Of a DNA stretch of 46,223 nt, positions 1 to 9,188 are shown one piece after another. This DNA is from a virus (taxonomy: Duplodnaviria; Caudoviricetes): positions 1-46,223 of the IMG/VR virus record IMGVR_UViG_3300038312_000302. One strand, written 5' to 3'. Below the pieces are notes generated by a model. It did no database searches, was not told where the DNA came from, and saw only the letters and a program-made list of their open reading frames with translations. The translations under genes were made by a program, and so were the position numbers. Each line of letters starts with the position of its first letter. Position 1 is the stretch's first letter.

Positions 1-77
<77 letters not shown>

Positions 78-132
78 GAAACAACCCCAAACCTTGCAAT
101 GATGCGGATTTGGGTAAATTGAAAAGACATAA

Positions 133-151
133 CGGCACAGTAACGGCACAG
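133..151 (+). promoter_or_regulatory. Putative integrase arm-type sites (left)
   Basis: CGGCACAG at 133-140 and 144-151 (11-bp period); the same pair with the same period recurs at 46039-46057. Confidence 0.75.
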
Positions 152-203
152 TACCCGTTTTTTTTACTTCACTACTTGAAAATAAGGAGTGTAGTAAAAA
201 AAA

Positions 204-1361
204 ATGGCTGATTTTCAAAAACCCCTAAGCATACAATACTATCCCGCTTACCTCTCTGAAGGCAAGATTTGGTATATCACCTATTATGCACACAATCCAT
301 ATACGGATAAATTGGAGATGAAGAGGATAAAGGTTAATAGGATTAAATCTATTCCGGAAAGGCGTAAGTTCTGCAGAAGATTAATAAAAGAGATTAACAA
401 CAAATTAGAAAACGGTTGGAATCCTTTCGTTGAAAAGGCACAGGCTAAACACTTCCATTCTATTTTATCTGCAATAAATGTTTACAAGAAAACTAAATAT
501 AAAGAGCTTGAAGAGAACTCAATAAGATCGTACACAAGTTATCTTAAAAAGCTTCAGGAGCATGTGGAAGGGATTGATAAAAATATGTATTGTATCAATT
601 TTAACAAAAGTGTGGCCGCTGATTTTATGTTGAAAATAAAAGAAGACCCTAAAATCGGGAACAGGACCTACAACAATAATTTAGCTTTTTACAGAACGTT
701 TTTCGAGTGGATGGTTAGCGTTAATTACATTGCTGACAATCCTTTTAAAAAATTGAAGAAAATACCAAAACGGAAAACTAAAAAGGTGAGAACCAATTTC
801 GATAGAGATGAGTTGAAGAAATTAGTTGAACATCTTAAAATTGTTCACCCTCGATTTCTCGCAGCTTGTATGTTAATGTATTATTGCTTTTTGAGAAATG
901 AAGATCTTTGTAACCTCACGCCTGCACATTTTGATATGAAGAACAAACTGATATATATACATGCTGATGAAACGAAAAATGATAATGAGAGTTGCCGTGT
1001 AATACCAACTGTGTTAGAGAAATACCTCGAGGTTTTAGATATTGAAAACACTCCAATAAATTATTATATTTTTTCTACTAAAAATTACGGCTTTGAGGCA
1101 GGTCCCGAACAGCTGAATTCAAGATATTTCAGTAAGTACTGGTCTGAGAAAGTAAGAATAGCACTTGATTTGCCTATGAACTTGCAATTCTATAGTTTGA
1201 AGGATAGCGGTATTACAAATCTGATGGCCGATGGAATATCACCTGCATTTATACAAGGGCAGGCAGATCATAGCAGTCTAGAGGTAACAACGGATTATAT
1301 TCACAACAAAACACCGGAAGGTTTCAGTCAGATAAGAAATTTAGCTAAAGACTTGGAGTGA
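204..1361 (+). CDS. int: Tyrosine recombinase / phage integrase
   Basis: SAM-like core (RTYNNNLAFYRTFFEW), catalytic R (CFLRNEDL), FYSLKDSG box, GQADHSS..VTTDY His/Tyr; adjacent to attL. Confidence 0.93.
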   Translation: MADFQKPLSIQYYPAYLSEGKIWYITYYAHNPYTDKLEMKRIKVNRIKSIPERRKFCRRLIKEINNKLENGWNPFVEKAQAKHFHSILSAINVYKKTKYKELEENSIRSYTSYLKKLQEHVEGIDKNMYCINFNKSVAADFMLKIKEDPKIGNRTYNNNLAFYRTFFEWMVSVNYIADNPFKKLKKIPKRKTKKVRTNFDRDELKKLVEHLKIVHPRFLAACMLMYYCFLRNEDLCNLTPAHFDMKNKLIYIHADETKNDNESCRVIPTVLEKYLEVLDIENTPINYYIFSTKNYGFEAGPEQLNSRYFSKYWSEKVRIALDLPMNLQFYSLKDSGITNLMADGISPAFIQGQADHSSLEVTTDYIHNKTPEGFSQIRNLAKDLE

Positions 1362-1444
1362 TTTTTCGGCTTTAATCTTACAGATAGACCTAGCCTTATT
1401 TTTGCAGAATCGGGTGCAACTGTACTTTAGTGCGAAATAAAATA

Positions 1445-1475
1445 TGCAGTTATTGGGCTCAGACCAACAACTGCA
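1445..1475 (-). terminator. Intrinsic terminator between the convergent int and antirepressor genes
   Basis: Stem TGCAGTTATTGG / CCAACAACTGCA followed by a T-rich tract on the minus strand. Confidence 0.65.
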
Positions 1476-1510
1476 CTTAAAACTAATTTACTGATATTGT
1501 TCAATCAGTT

Positions 1511-2065
1511 TTACTCTGGACTAATCTCTGTTTTAAAGTCTAATCCCAACTGTCTATTATTGTTTTCCCAGTCTTCATATGTTAAACTTCTAGCCTCGGC
1601 AAGTTTCTTTTGAGCTTCCGTTAGTCTAGACTTAGCAGATGAAAACTCAGTCTTTACCATTTCTACATATTCCAGCTGTTGATCGAGTAGTGATTGTTTT
1701 TCACTCAAAAACTCTGCTTGTGACGAAAAATGTTTATACAATGCACGATAACACTCGATGCGATATTTACTCACCGCTTCACGAGCCTCTTCTTTCACGT
1801 TTTTTGGATTGATGGTAAAAAGCCATCCGAATACAAATTCAAGAGGCAAACATACCATTTCGTACTGTTTTCCATCGCTTCCAGTTGCCGTGCTGAGCAC
1901 GGTAACTGAATTCAAAAAAACGTCCTCTAGAAGCTTCCTTCTTTGAGCATCTTCATCAATTCCCAGAGCTAAACAAATTGGTTTAATTGGCACCAATTTT
2001 TCTTTGTTGTCTAATACTAATTGAATACTCACTTGATTAACTTTTGCTACTGTTTTTGTTTCCAT
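1511..2065 (-). CDS. Phage antirepressor (P22 Ant N-terminal-like domain) with coiled-coil C-terminus
   Basis: VPIKPICLALGID..QRRKL, GSDGKQYEMVCLPL..GWLFTINPKNVK..Y..ECY.AL pattern typical of P22AR N-terminal domains; ATG at 2065 preferred to TTG at 2071. Confidence 0.85.
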   Translation of the reverse strand: METKTVAKVNQVSIQLVLDNKEKLVPIKPICLALGIDEDAQRRKLLEDVFLNSVTVLSTATGSDGKQYEMVCLPLEFVFGWLFTINPKNVKEEAREAVSKYRIECYRALYKHFSSQAEFLSEKQSLLDQQLEYVEMVKTEFSSAKSRLTEAQKKLAEARSLTYEDWENNNRQLGLDFKTEISPE

Positions 2066-2095
2066 ATACAAATAATTTAAAGGATTAATATTTTA

Positions 2096-2239
2096 TCATT
2101 TTATATCTTCTTCCGACTTATTTGGTAGAAGTAAATTAATTAATACATATAGCTTATTATAAGCTAAATGGCGTTGGCGAGGATCGTTGCTTTCATAAAG
2201 CAACCTTAGCTGCTCAAGTGCATCTGTTTTGTACATCAT
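2096..2239 (-). CDS. Unannotated 47-aa peptide, paralog of 23660-23794
   Basis: Hand translation MMYKTDALEQLRLLYESNDPRQRHLAYNKLYVLINLLLPNKSEEDIK; fills the operon gap; 15/36 ungapped identity to the second peptide. Confidence 0.75.
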   Translation of the reverse strand: MMYKTDALEQLRLLYESNDPRQRHLAYNKLYVLINLLLPNKSEEDIK

Positions 2240-2251
2240 AGCAATTTGAGA

Positions 2252-2476
2252 TTACGGCCACAGTTTAATAACTTTTTTACCGGTGTCTAGAGCTCTTGGT
2301 TCTGGGTTTTTGAGAGACTGGATAGCTTTGTTCAGGATATCTATTGTTTTTAATGAAGACTCGTATGTTCTGAGTAAAGTATCTATTGAACTATGCATTG
2401 AGTTATATTTCTCTACAGATATAGTAATAGTACCAGTGCTTTGGCAAACAGGTTCGGTTAGTTTTATTGCGTTCAT
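2252..2476 (-). CDS. Hypothetical protein (74 aa), antirepressor operon
   Basis: Start MNAIKL overlaps the upstream stop as ATGA (2473-2476), i.e. translational coupling. Confidence 0.7.
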   Translation of the reverse strand: MNAIKLTEPVCQSTGTITISVEKYNSMHSSIDTLLRTYESSLKTIDILNKAIQSLKNPEPRALDTGKKVIKLWP

Positions 2477-2700
2477 AATAGACCTCCTTTCATTGCAGCA
2501 CCGTTTAACTCCTGAACATGAAATGTGGCGCATACGCCATTGCCTATGAGCACAAGTACCATTTCATTACCCATATAGTGCTTTTCGCACTGTACAGGTT
2601 GCCCTTCAAAAAGGGTGTCTATAGCACGGCTGAGTGTGTCTTTTACTACTGTTGTGGGATTTGTTGCTCTCTGTGGAGCAGGTAGAGATTTTGTTTTCAT
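2473..2700 (-). CDS. Hypothetical protein (75 aa), first gene behind RNA element 1
   Basis: ATG preceded by an A-rich leader; ends KGGLL with AAAGGAGG coupling to the next gene. Confidence 0.7.
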   Translation of the reverse strand: MKTKSLPAPQRATNPTTVVKDTLSRAIDTLFEGQPVQCEKHYMGNEMVLVLIGNGVCATFHVQELNGAAMKGGLL

Positions 2701-2747
2701 TTTTGTAAAGCTTTTAAAATGATTATAAATGTGCAGAAATAAAAAGA

Positions 2748-2821
2748 GGGTTCTGCTTTCCCGTTGCTTTACACCTCAAAGGCAGCGAAGGCATTAACCT
2801 TTCGCACGGGGGTCAGAACCC
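2748..2821 (-). ncRNA. Structured RNA element 1 (putative C4/CI-like antisense RNA)
   Basis: Outer stem GGGTTCTG/CAGAACCC, CCCGT/ACGGG, inner GCGAA/TTCGC around GGCATTAAC; homologous to 23839-23911 with compensatory changes. Confidence 0.7.
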
Positions 2822-2903
2822 AAATATTATATTTTATAGAGTCGGCAAAAAAAATGCCCGCATGTTGGCGAGCTTATCCCGCCTTTGAGTATGTAAAGCA
2901 TCA

Positions 2904-2934
2904 CAAAGGTGGATAATATATTTTAAACAGCAAA
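2904..2934 (-). promoter_or_regulatory. Bacteroidetes sigma-A-like promoter for element 1
   Basis: TTTG-N19-CACCTTTG on the minus strand (consensus TTTG-N19-21-TAnnTTTG, one mismatch). Confidence 0.55.
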
Positions 2935-2963
2935 ATGTTTTGCTATTATTTTTTAAATATTTT

Positions 2964-3308
2964 TTACTTGATAGTTATTTCCGCTAAAAGATCTATAGAA
3001 GATACATATTCTACTTCTCTTCCGCTGTCTGTATAATTGGTATCCCATTCTGCAGAACAATCAAAAACTTCACACTCGTAGTCTATGCCTGAATCTATCA
3101 GCTTAGATACTTCTTCACTAAATTCTCTTTCTACATATCCTATAAATTGATCATCATAAAAGACCTTTACGGCAAAAGGATCATGTTTGTTTGATGGTTC
3201 TCTCTCGAGTTCTAATATGTCTCCGCTTTTTACATCTTCTGCAATCACTTTAATTATTTTCTTAGATAAGAACTTGGTTCCATTTACATTGAATAAGAGT
3301 GTTTCCAT
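2964..3308 (-). CDS. Stand-alone HIRAN domain protein
   Basis: GDILELEREPSNKHDPFAVKV...IGYV HIRAN signature; start probably METLLF. Confidence 0.85.
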   Translation of the reverse strand: METLLFNVNGTKFLSKKIIKVIAEDVKSGDILELEREPSNKHDPFAVKVFYDDQFIGYVEREFSEEVSKLIDSGIDYECEVFDCSAEWDTNYTDSGREVEYVSSIDLLAEITIK

Positions 3309-3368
3309 TGTTATTGTTTTAATAATACTGCCGAAAGTTAACAATTATTTCCCATTGAGAAAATTTTT

Positions 3369-5378
3369 TTAATACATCGCCGGTTCTAACCACGTTGTGA
3401 TTGTTCCTTCTCCTAACTTACTGTAACTTCCGTCCCGTTCTCCGACAACACCATATTCGACATTGTAGGTTCGCTGATAATACTTACCCCCTGCGTTATA
3501 TTGCGCTTCTGTAGGATCTTCAGGGTAGAAGGCCTCTGGTTCTATTAGATATTTATAAACTGTTCCTTGTCCAATTGGAGCTGTCCAGCTCCGAGTATAT
3601 TTTGAAATCCAGCTGTATTTTTTATTCCTAAAATAATCTGCAGCAGGTTTAGATTCAGAAACCGGCTGTTGTAATTTTGTTGATAGCAGAGTGCATGATC
3701 CTACTGATTTGTGTTTTGTAGAATAATTTAATTCTGACAGTAAATATTTTTGACTATTAAGTAATACTTGCTTCACAGGTGAAAGCGTTAGTTTTACTTC
3801 TTCCGGTAGAATTGTATCAACCTGAATTTCGAGCAGTGCATTGCGCATTAAAGTATCACGCTTACGCCAGAACTTTTCATACAGGCCGTCTGGTCCATTC
3901 CAGGCAATTGAATTATCCCATAGCTTTTGACCTGAGTCACTGTAATTGTGTATGGTTCCTTTACAATGGGTTGCAACATTGTAGAATAGACAAAGTATTG
4001 GTTTCAACTGACTAGTATCAACTACTTCATCATTATTTAATTCATCCTGAAATACTACACGGCTCTGAAGTGCACGACCTGGTCCTACGTAAGGTATTGC
4101 TGTATATGCATAATCTCCTGTGGGCTTCATAGATCTTCCTGTGAACATTGCAGGTACAACATCTGGAAATGAATGTTCTTCGACCGGCAGAATACCACCA
4201 GCGTAATAGTTTATGCCAAGGTGAGCGATTTTTTCGACAAAAGTGCGTTCGCCTTTTACACCATCGCGAACTATGTAGCCATCATTATTACGTAAATAAG
4301 CACTTGGGTATTTTGTGAATATAGATATAAAATCTATCCCCTGATCTGAAGCTGATCCGGTAGCTAAATATCTTCTTCTGCCAAGCCAATCTATTGTGGA
4401 TATTTGAGCAGGTAAACTAATTTGCTCTGAAGTGAGCTTTAATTGTTTATATTGATTGTGGTAATTTACAACTGGTTTTGATACCGAATACTGAGAAAGG
4501 TCTACTAATGGTGCAGTTGTCAGAGTTTCATCGAACTGGGTGAGATAGATTATTTTATTAATTTCATCCGGACGCAGTTCAACTCCAAACTTTCGGATTA
4601 CGTCAAAAAGTGTCTTAACTGATATGTCAGGAACTAAGTCAACATAATTAATACTGTTATTAACAATTGTATCAAGGTTGTTATTTAAAAACAGAAGGTT
4701 GCTGAATGGTACCTGATCAAGAAATGAAGTTGCGAGTGTGTAACCTAAATGGCTCAATACTTCCTGCAGAACATACTTGACCTTAATAAATGGAGTTATG
4801 TAAAATCCTTTTGGGATTGTAACTGTTTTGGAATCTATTGTTTCAGTGACATCGACCTCATGTTTAAACTTGTAATAGCCCTGCGCTGTGGTTGCAGAGG
4901 TTATTTCATTTAGAGTGTACTGATCAGTCATTACTTCATGTACAGCAAATCTCGGATCATTACCAGGAACTAGCGAATACATGAAATTAATAGCTGCAGT
5001 GATATCCGGAAATGAGATCTTTTTGTTTTCGAATATTTCGAATAGAGTTATATCTTCTGTTTTTTCATAGAAAGCTCCTTCGTGAAGATAAAATGATGTT
5101 TCGATGTTGCCTTTAGCCTGGGCTGACAGGATTGCTTGACGGCCAACGACAGAGAATGTACCTGACTGTATTTGTGTGTTGAGCCGGGAGTCTGGTTTAT
5201 TAATATTATCAGCACGATCGGGATGCCCCAATAGTTGAAGATTTTTTTGAGTTGCAGGTATTGAAACAGGAACACTCTGCTCTCCCAGATCATTAAAAAA
5301 TGGATTATATCGTGTAAGCTCTATCTCTGTGTCAGGGAAAAGGTCGAATGATTCACCTGAAGGATGTATTATTTTCAT
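3369..5378 (-). CDS. Putative tail protein downstream of the tape measure (distal tail / hub-like)
   Basis: 669 aa, ATGA-coupled to the tape measure gene; assignment from position only. Confidence 0.6.
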   Translation of the reverse strand: MKIIHPSGESFDLFPDTEIELTRYNPFFNDLGEQSVPVSIPATQKNLQLLGHPDRADNINKPDSRLNTQIQSGTFSVVGRQAILSAQAKGNIETSFYLHEGAFYEKTEDITLFEIFENKKISFPDITAAINFMYSLVPGNDPRFAVHEVMTDQYTLNEITSATTAQGYYKFKHEVDVTETIDSKTVTIPKGFYITPFIKVKYVLQEVLSHLGYTLATSFLDQVPFSNLLFLNNNLDTIVNNSINYVDLVPDISVKTLFDVIRKFGVELRPDEINKIIYLTQFDETLTTAPLVDLSQYSVSKPVVNYHNQYKQLKLTSEQISLPAQISTIDWLGRRRYLATGSASDQGIDFISIFTKYPSAYLRNNDGYIVRDGVKGERTFVEKIAHLGINYYAGGILPVEEHSFPDVVPAMFTGRSMKPTGDYAYTAIPYVGPGRALQSRVVFQDELNNDEVVDTSQLKPILCLFYNVATHCKGTIHNYSDSGQKLWDNSIAWNGPDGLYEKFWRKRDTLMRNALLEIQVDTILPEEVKLTLSPVKQVLLNSQKYLLSELNYSTKHKSVGSCTLLSTKLQQPVSESKPAADYFRNKKYSWISKYTRSWTAPIGQGTVYKYLIEPEAFYPEDPTEAQYNAGGKYYQRTYNVEYGVVGERDGSYSKLGEGTITTWLEPAMY

Positions 5379-8300
5379 TTTGATCCGATTTTACGTGATG
5401 ATTCCTGAATATACTGTTTGCGTTGCAGTTCGGAGAGCACTACTGCAGAGTGAACTCCATTGTTGGCCAGATGCTCCAGTAGCTGATTTAAACGATTAAT
5501 AGTTTGAGGATCCAGGCTCACTCTTTTGCCAGGCTGTTCGACCTGCGTATAATTACCGGATGCACGCTGTGGAACGATTCCGGCACGTGCATCGTTAATC
5601 GCTGATAGAACCAGCGGGTAATTGATGTGTGCCTGCAGACGTGACAGATCTGGTGCTGATACTACCAGTTCGCGTCCCTGTTCGCCCATAAGTGTGGGTG
5701 TTGAAACGAAACCTGTTTGAGCCAAGCCTGTGTATGGAACATTACGGTATGTTCGGCCATCATCTGCACCTATAACATCATATTTACCTGATGCTCGTTG
5801 CGTGACAACTCGGTTACCTGTGATGCTTCCTCCGGATGCCAGGTTAGCACTTGATGAACCACCTAAGTTGCCCATTGCACTACTGACTACTCCTTTAACG
5901 GCTGCAAACGCTGCTTCTATCAAGCCTACAAGAATAGCTGCACGTGCAAAGCCTGTTGCTCCAAACGTTGCCACTGAATCGGGTTGCGCTAAAGACTGGG
6001 CAGTTGCACCGGCCACGGCCATTTGCACCTGTACTTTGAGCGCATCCAACGCCATGTTGATTAGGCTTTTAAGCGAACCGGCAACTATATCCTCATTTTT
6101 GGCTATTGCACCGCCGACCAAAGTACCCATTTCGTTTGCAAAATCAAACCCCAATGCTGCGAGATCTGATTTACGTTTATTTTCTGCCTCGAAACGTTTC
6201 TGAGCATCAACTTCGTTTTGTTTAGCAATAGCCTTTAAATTAGCCAAGTTCTTATCTGCACGTGCTTTATCGGCATCTTCCTGGATTTTCAACAGCTTAG
6301 CCTGATGTTGACGTTCTTCTTCCTGTATCTTCTGAAGCATCTGCTTTTTGGTTTCGAACAGCTTGAGCTCTATTTCTTGCTGTTGCTCGAATGTGAGGCC
6401 TGCAAGCTCGAGGTTTTTGCGCAAGCGTTCCATTTCGAGGTACTCCAACTCTCTGTTGTATTGCTCCTGGGAAATCTTACCGGTGATGTATTTTTGCTGA
6501 ATAAGTGCTTTTTCTCGGGCGATGTATTCTTCTAATTTTGCCAGGGCTTTTTCGTAAGCGCTGGGTGTAGGTGTTCCGGGTGGTGTGCCGTCAGGATCCT
6601 CGTCTTCTTCTATTTCCTGAATAAAAGAGCTTACATCTGTCATTTTATCAATAATGCCGGCGAATCGCTGATCGACTTCGTTAAGTGCCTGATCTGAATT
6701 GCGAACCTCGTTTACCAGGTCCTCTATAACATTCTTAATATTGAATACCCCTTTGTATGCATCAACTCCATAAGTTTGCTGAATATCCTTAAGTAACTGT
6801 CGTTGCAATTCGTTGTAATCGCTACCACCTTTGGCTGTAAATTCGCTCACGGTTCGGTTAATTGTTTCACGTATAGATGAAAGTACAGAATCGCTATCGA
6901 CCTGTTTGCCGATACGCTTCATTGCCCGATCAGTCAGATCTAACTGTTTATCTAGCGACTTGGTTGTAATTTCGTCTGTGGCCTGATTCTTAATTTTCAA
7001 TGCAATTTGTTCACGCAACCCATTGTTGACAGCGAGAATGGCTTTATTGATATCTGTAATATTACCTTCTTCGTCTATGAGGCCCTGAAGATATTTACCA
7101 TACTTTGAAATTATTTCTTTGCGAATCTGAAGGAATGTGTTGCTTTCGGGGTTAGCTTTCTGAAGTGCTTCGAAAAGAGTTCCGGCTTCGCGAGTTTCTG
7201 TTGCCAACTCTGAATTAAATTGTCTGGTTGCTTCCTTAAGAGATTTAGTAGCATCTGATGTTCGATTAAGCCACTTCACCAGTTTTACGATACCAACTAT
7301 TGCACCAGTTACGGCCACCATTAAAAGCCCTATTGGGTTAGTGGACATGGTAACGTTAAGCAATTGCCATACTCGGCGAGCTTTAACCAGGTTGCCGGTG
7401 AGAAGTGCAATAGCTGCAGTATATGCCAGATATAGTACACGACCAGCTTTAAGGCTTGCATTTTTTATTTGAAGCATTAAGTTGGTTCTGGTTAATTCTA
7501 CTCCGTAGCGTTTTTCCCAGGCTAAGGCTATTTTTAAACCAACTGTATAAGCTGCGTATGCTGTAACCAAATAAACCAGGTAACGGCCGTATTTCTCAAA
7601 GAAATCAAGTAGTGATGGAAGGAACTTGATAATATACGTGATAATATTTGTGCTTTTGAGAAGTGCGGGATTTAAACGCTTACCTAATTCTTCGGCAGAA
7701 TCTTTAAATGCTTTACGTCGTTTTTCTAACTCCGCATTTGCATTACTGTTTTTAATATTATATTCATCGGTAAGACTGGTTGCTTTGACGATGCTTTCAT
7801 TTGCTATTTGCTGTGCTGCATCAATCTTATCAACGCTACTTGCCAAAGATGAAAGAACGCCAACTGCACGGGTGCCGGAGAGGCCCATTTCATCAAACAG
7901 GGGTATCAATTCTGCGAATCCGCCTTTTTCGTTGAGAGATCTGAGCAGTAATTTTACAGCTTCGTTGGCATCGGTGCGAACCAGTTCTGTGAATTTACCT
8001 ACTTCAACACCGGCTATTTGTGCAAACTTTGCAGGATCGCCCATCATCTTGATTAAGATTTGCTGAAGTGCAGTGGCAGACATCTCAACTTTCTGCATAT
8101 CCTGATCTAGAACAGAGCCAAAGCCGAGGATGGCATCTATTCCGATATTAGCCTGTGCAGCTACACCACCAAGACGTCCGGCAAACTGAACGAGATAATC
8201 TTCCTGGGCTGATGATGATGCGCCAATTTCATTGATTGCAGAACCTACGGCAAGCATTTTTCCTTTAAGATCCATACCTTCAAGTTCAGATGTGGATCTG

Positions 8301-9106
8301 GTAAATACATCAACCATCTTTCCAACTTCGCGAACTGCACCTTCGCCAAGATCTTCGCCCAGGGCAACCTGAATTTCGTTTGCTGCTTCAACGAATCCGA
8401 GAATATCCTCTTTAGATGACAGTCCTAACTTACCAGCATCGCGTGCAAGCATGTTTAACTGCTCGCGGGAGGTGCGAGTATTCATCTGCTTAAAAGCTTC
8501 ATTAAGATCCAACACCTCTTCTTTTGTCATGTTGGTGGTTTTCATGACATCGGCATAAGTATCATCCATTTTAGCAGCATCTTGGCTGAGTTTTCGGAGA
8601 GCAAAACTCATTCCGGTGACTGTTGCAATTGCACTGGTGAAAAGACCGAAATATTTATTAAAGCCATTGGCGGCACGGCTCATGAGTGTAGCACCCTGCC
8701 CAACATTGCTGTTCATTTCTTTTTTGGCAATATTGAATTCTTTTTGAACAGCATTGAGAGCTTTTAATTTGGCGTTGTACTGCTCAGTGCCCCGGGTTTC
8801 TTCTTTGAGTGAACGTTGAAGCGTCCTGCGAGTAGACTCCAACTCTTTATATGTTGCTCCTGAAAGGTTTTTAAGGATCCGTTCTGTTTCTTTGATTTTG
8901 TATTGGTAATTCCCGTAAGACTTTTCGAATTTATTAAGAGCCTTCTCCTGGGCTTTATAACCTTGTGTGTCTTTTTTGCCCTGTTCATTTAACTTCTGAA
9001 GTGATACACGAAGCTCTGCAATCTTACTTTCCAATGTTGTGGCTTTTGCCATCGCATCGGAGTTGTCAATGTAAATTTTTATGGAGCGGTTGAGATCTCT
9101 GGCCAT
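5375..9106 (-). CDS. Tail tape measure protein (TP901-like core)
   Basis: 1243 aa, helical Ala/Leu-rich; MADVMKTT-like core (YADVMKTT...LARDAGKLG), central hydrophobic segments, NPIGLL motif. Confidence 0.93.
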   Translation of the reverse strand: MARDLNRSIKIYIDNSDAMAKATTLESKIAELRVSLQKLNEQGKKDTQGYKAQEKALNKFEKSYGNYQYKIKETERILKNLSGATYKELESTRRTLQRSLKEETRGTEQYNAKLKALNAVQKEFNIAKKEMNSNVGQGATLMSRAANGFNKYFGLFTSAIATVTGMSFALRKLSQDAAKMDDTYADVMKTTNMTKEEVLDLNEAFKQMNTRTSREQLNMLARDAGKLGLSSKEDILGFVEAANEIQVALGEDLGEGAVREVGKMVDVFTRSTSELEGMDLKGKMLAVGSAINEIGASSSAQEDYLVQFAGRLGGVAAQANIGIDAILGFGSVLDQDMQKVEMSATALQQILIKMMGDPAKFAQIAGVEVGKFTELVRTDANEAVKLLLRSLNEKGGFAELIPLFDEMGLSGTRAVGVLSSLASSVDKIDAAQQIANESIVKATSLTDEYNIKNSNANAELEKRRKAFKDSAEELGKRLNPALLKSTNIITYIIKFLPSLLDFFEKYGRYLVYLVTAYAAYTVGLKIALAWEKRYGVELTRTNLMLQIKNASLKAGRVLYLAYTAAIALLTGNLVKARRVWQLLNVTMSTNPIGLLMVAVTGAIVGIVKLVKWLNRTSDATKSLKEATRQFNSELATETREAGTLFEALQKANPESNTFLQIRKEIISKYGKYLQGLIDEEGNITDINKAILAVNNGLREQIALKIKNQATDEITTKSLDKQLDLTDRAMKRIGKQVDSDSVLSSIRETINRTVSEFTAKGGSDYNELQRQLLKDIQQTYGVDAYKGVFNIKNVIEDLVNEVRNSDQALNEVDQRFAGIIDKMTDVSSFIQEIEEDEDPDGTPPGTPTPSAYEKALAKLEEYIAREKALIQQKYITGKISQEQYNRELEYLEMERLRKNLELAGLTFEQQQEIELKLFETKKQMLQKIQEEERQHQAKLLKIQEDADKARADKNLANLKAIAKQNEVDAQKRFEAENKRKSDLAALGFDFANEMGTLVGGAIAKNEDIVAGSLKSLINMALDALKVQVQMAVAGATAQSLAQPDSVATFGATGFARAAILVGLIEAAFAAVKGVVSSAMGNLGGSSSANLASGGSITGNRVVTQRASGKYDVIGADDGRTYRNVPYTGLAQTGFVSTPTLMGEQGRELVVSAPDLSRLQAHINYPLVLSAINDARAGIVPQRASGNYTQVEQPGKRVSLDPQTINRLNQLLEHLANNGVHSAVVLSELQRKQYIQESSRKIGSK

Positions 9107-9128
9107 GATTGATGAAATTTAGTTTATG

Positions 9129-9163
9129 CAAAATTCATCAATAGGAGGGGGGAGGCAAAGGAC
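9129..9163 (-). promoter_or_regulatory. Putative late promoter GTCC-N27-TTTG (tape measure operon)
   Basis: Same motif and exact spacing found upstream of four late operons. Confidence 0.65.
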
Positions 9164-9188
9164 AATATTTCACATCTCCTTCATCCTC

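Noticed and set aside
5730-8988. Several 60-157 aa antisense or alternate-frame ORFs within the tape measure gene
   Set aside because: Shadow ORFs of a long, clearly coding gene with no recognisable motifs; the same applies to shadows over portal, terminase, capsid and primase
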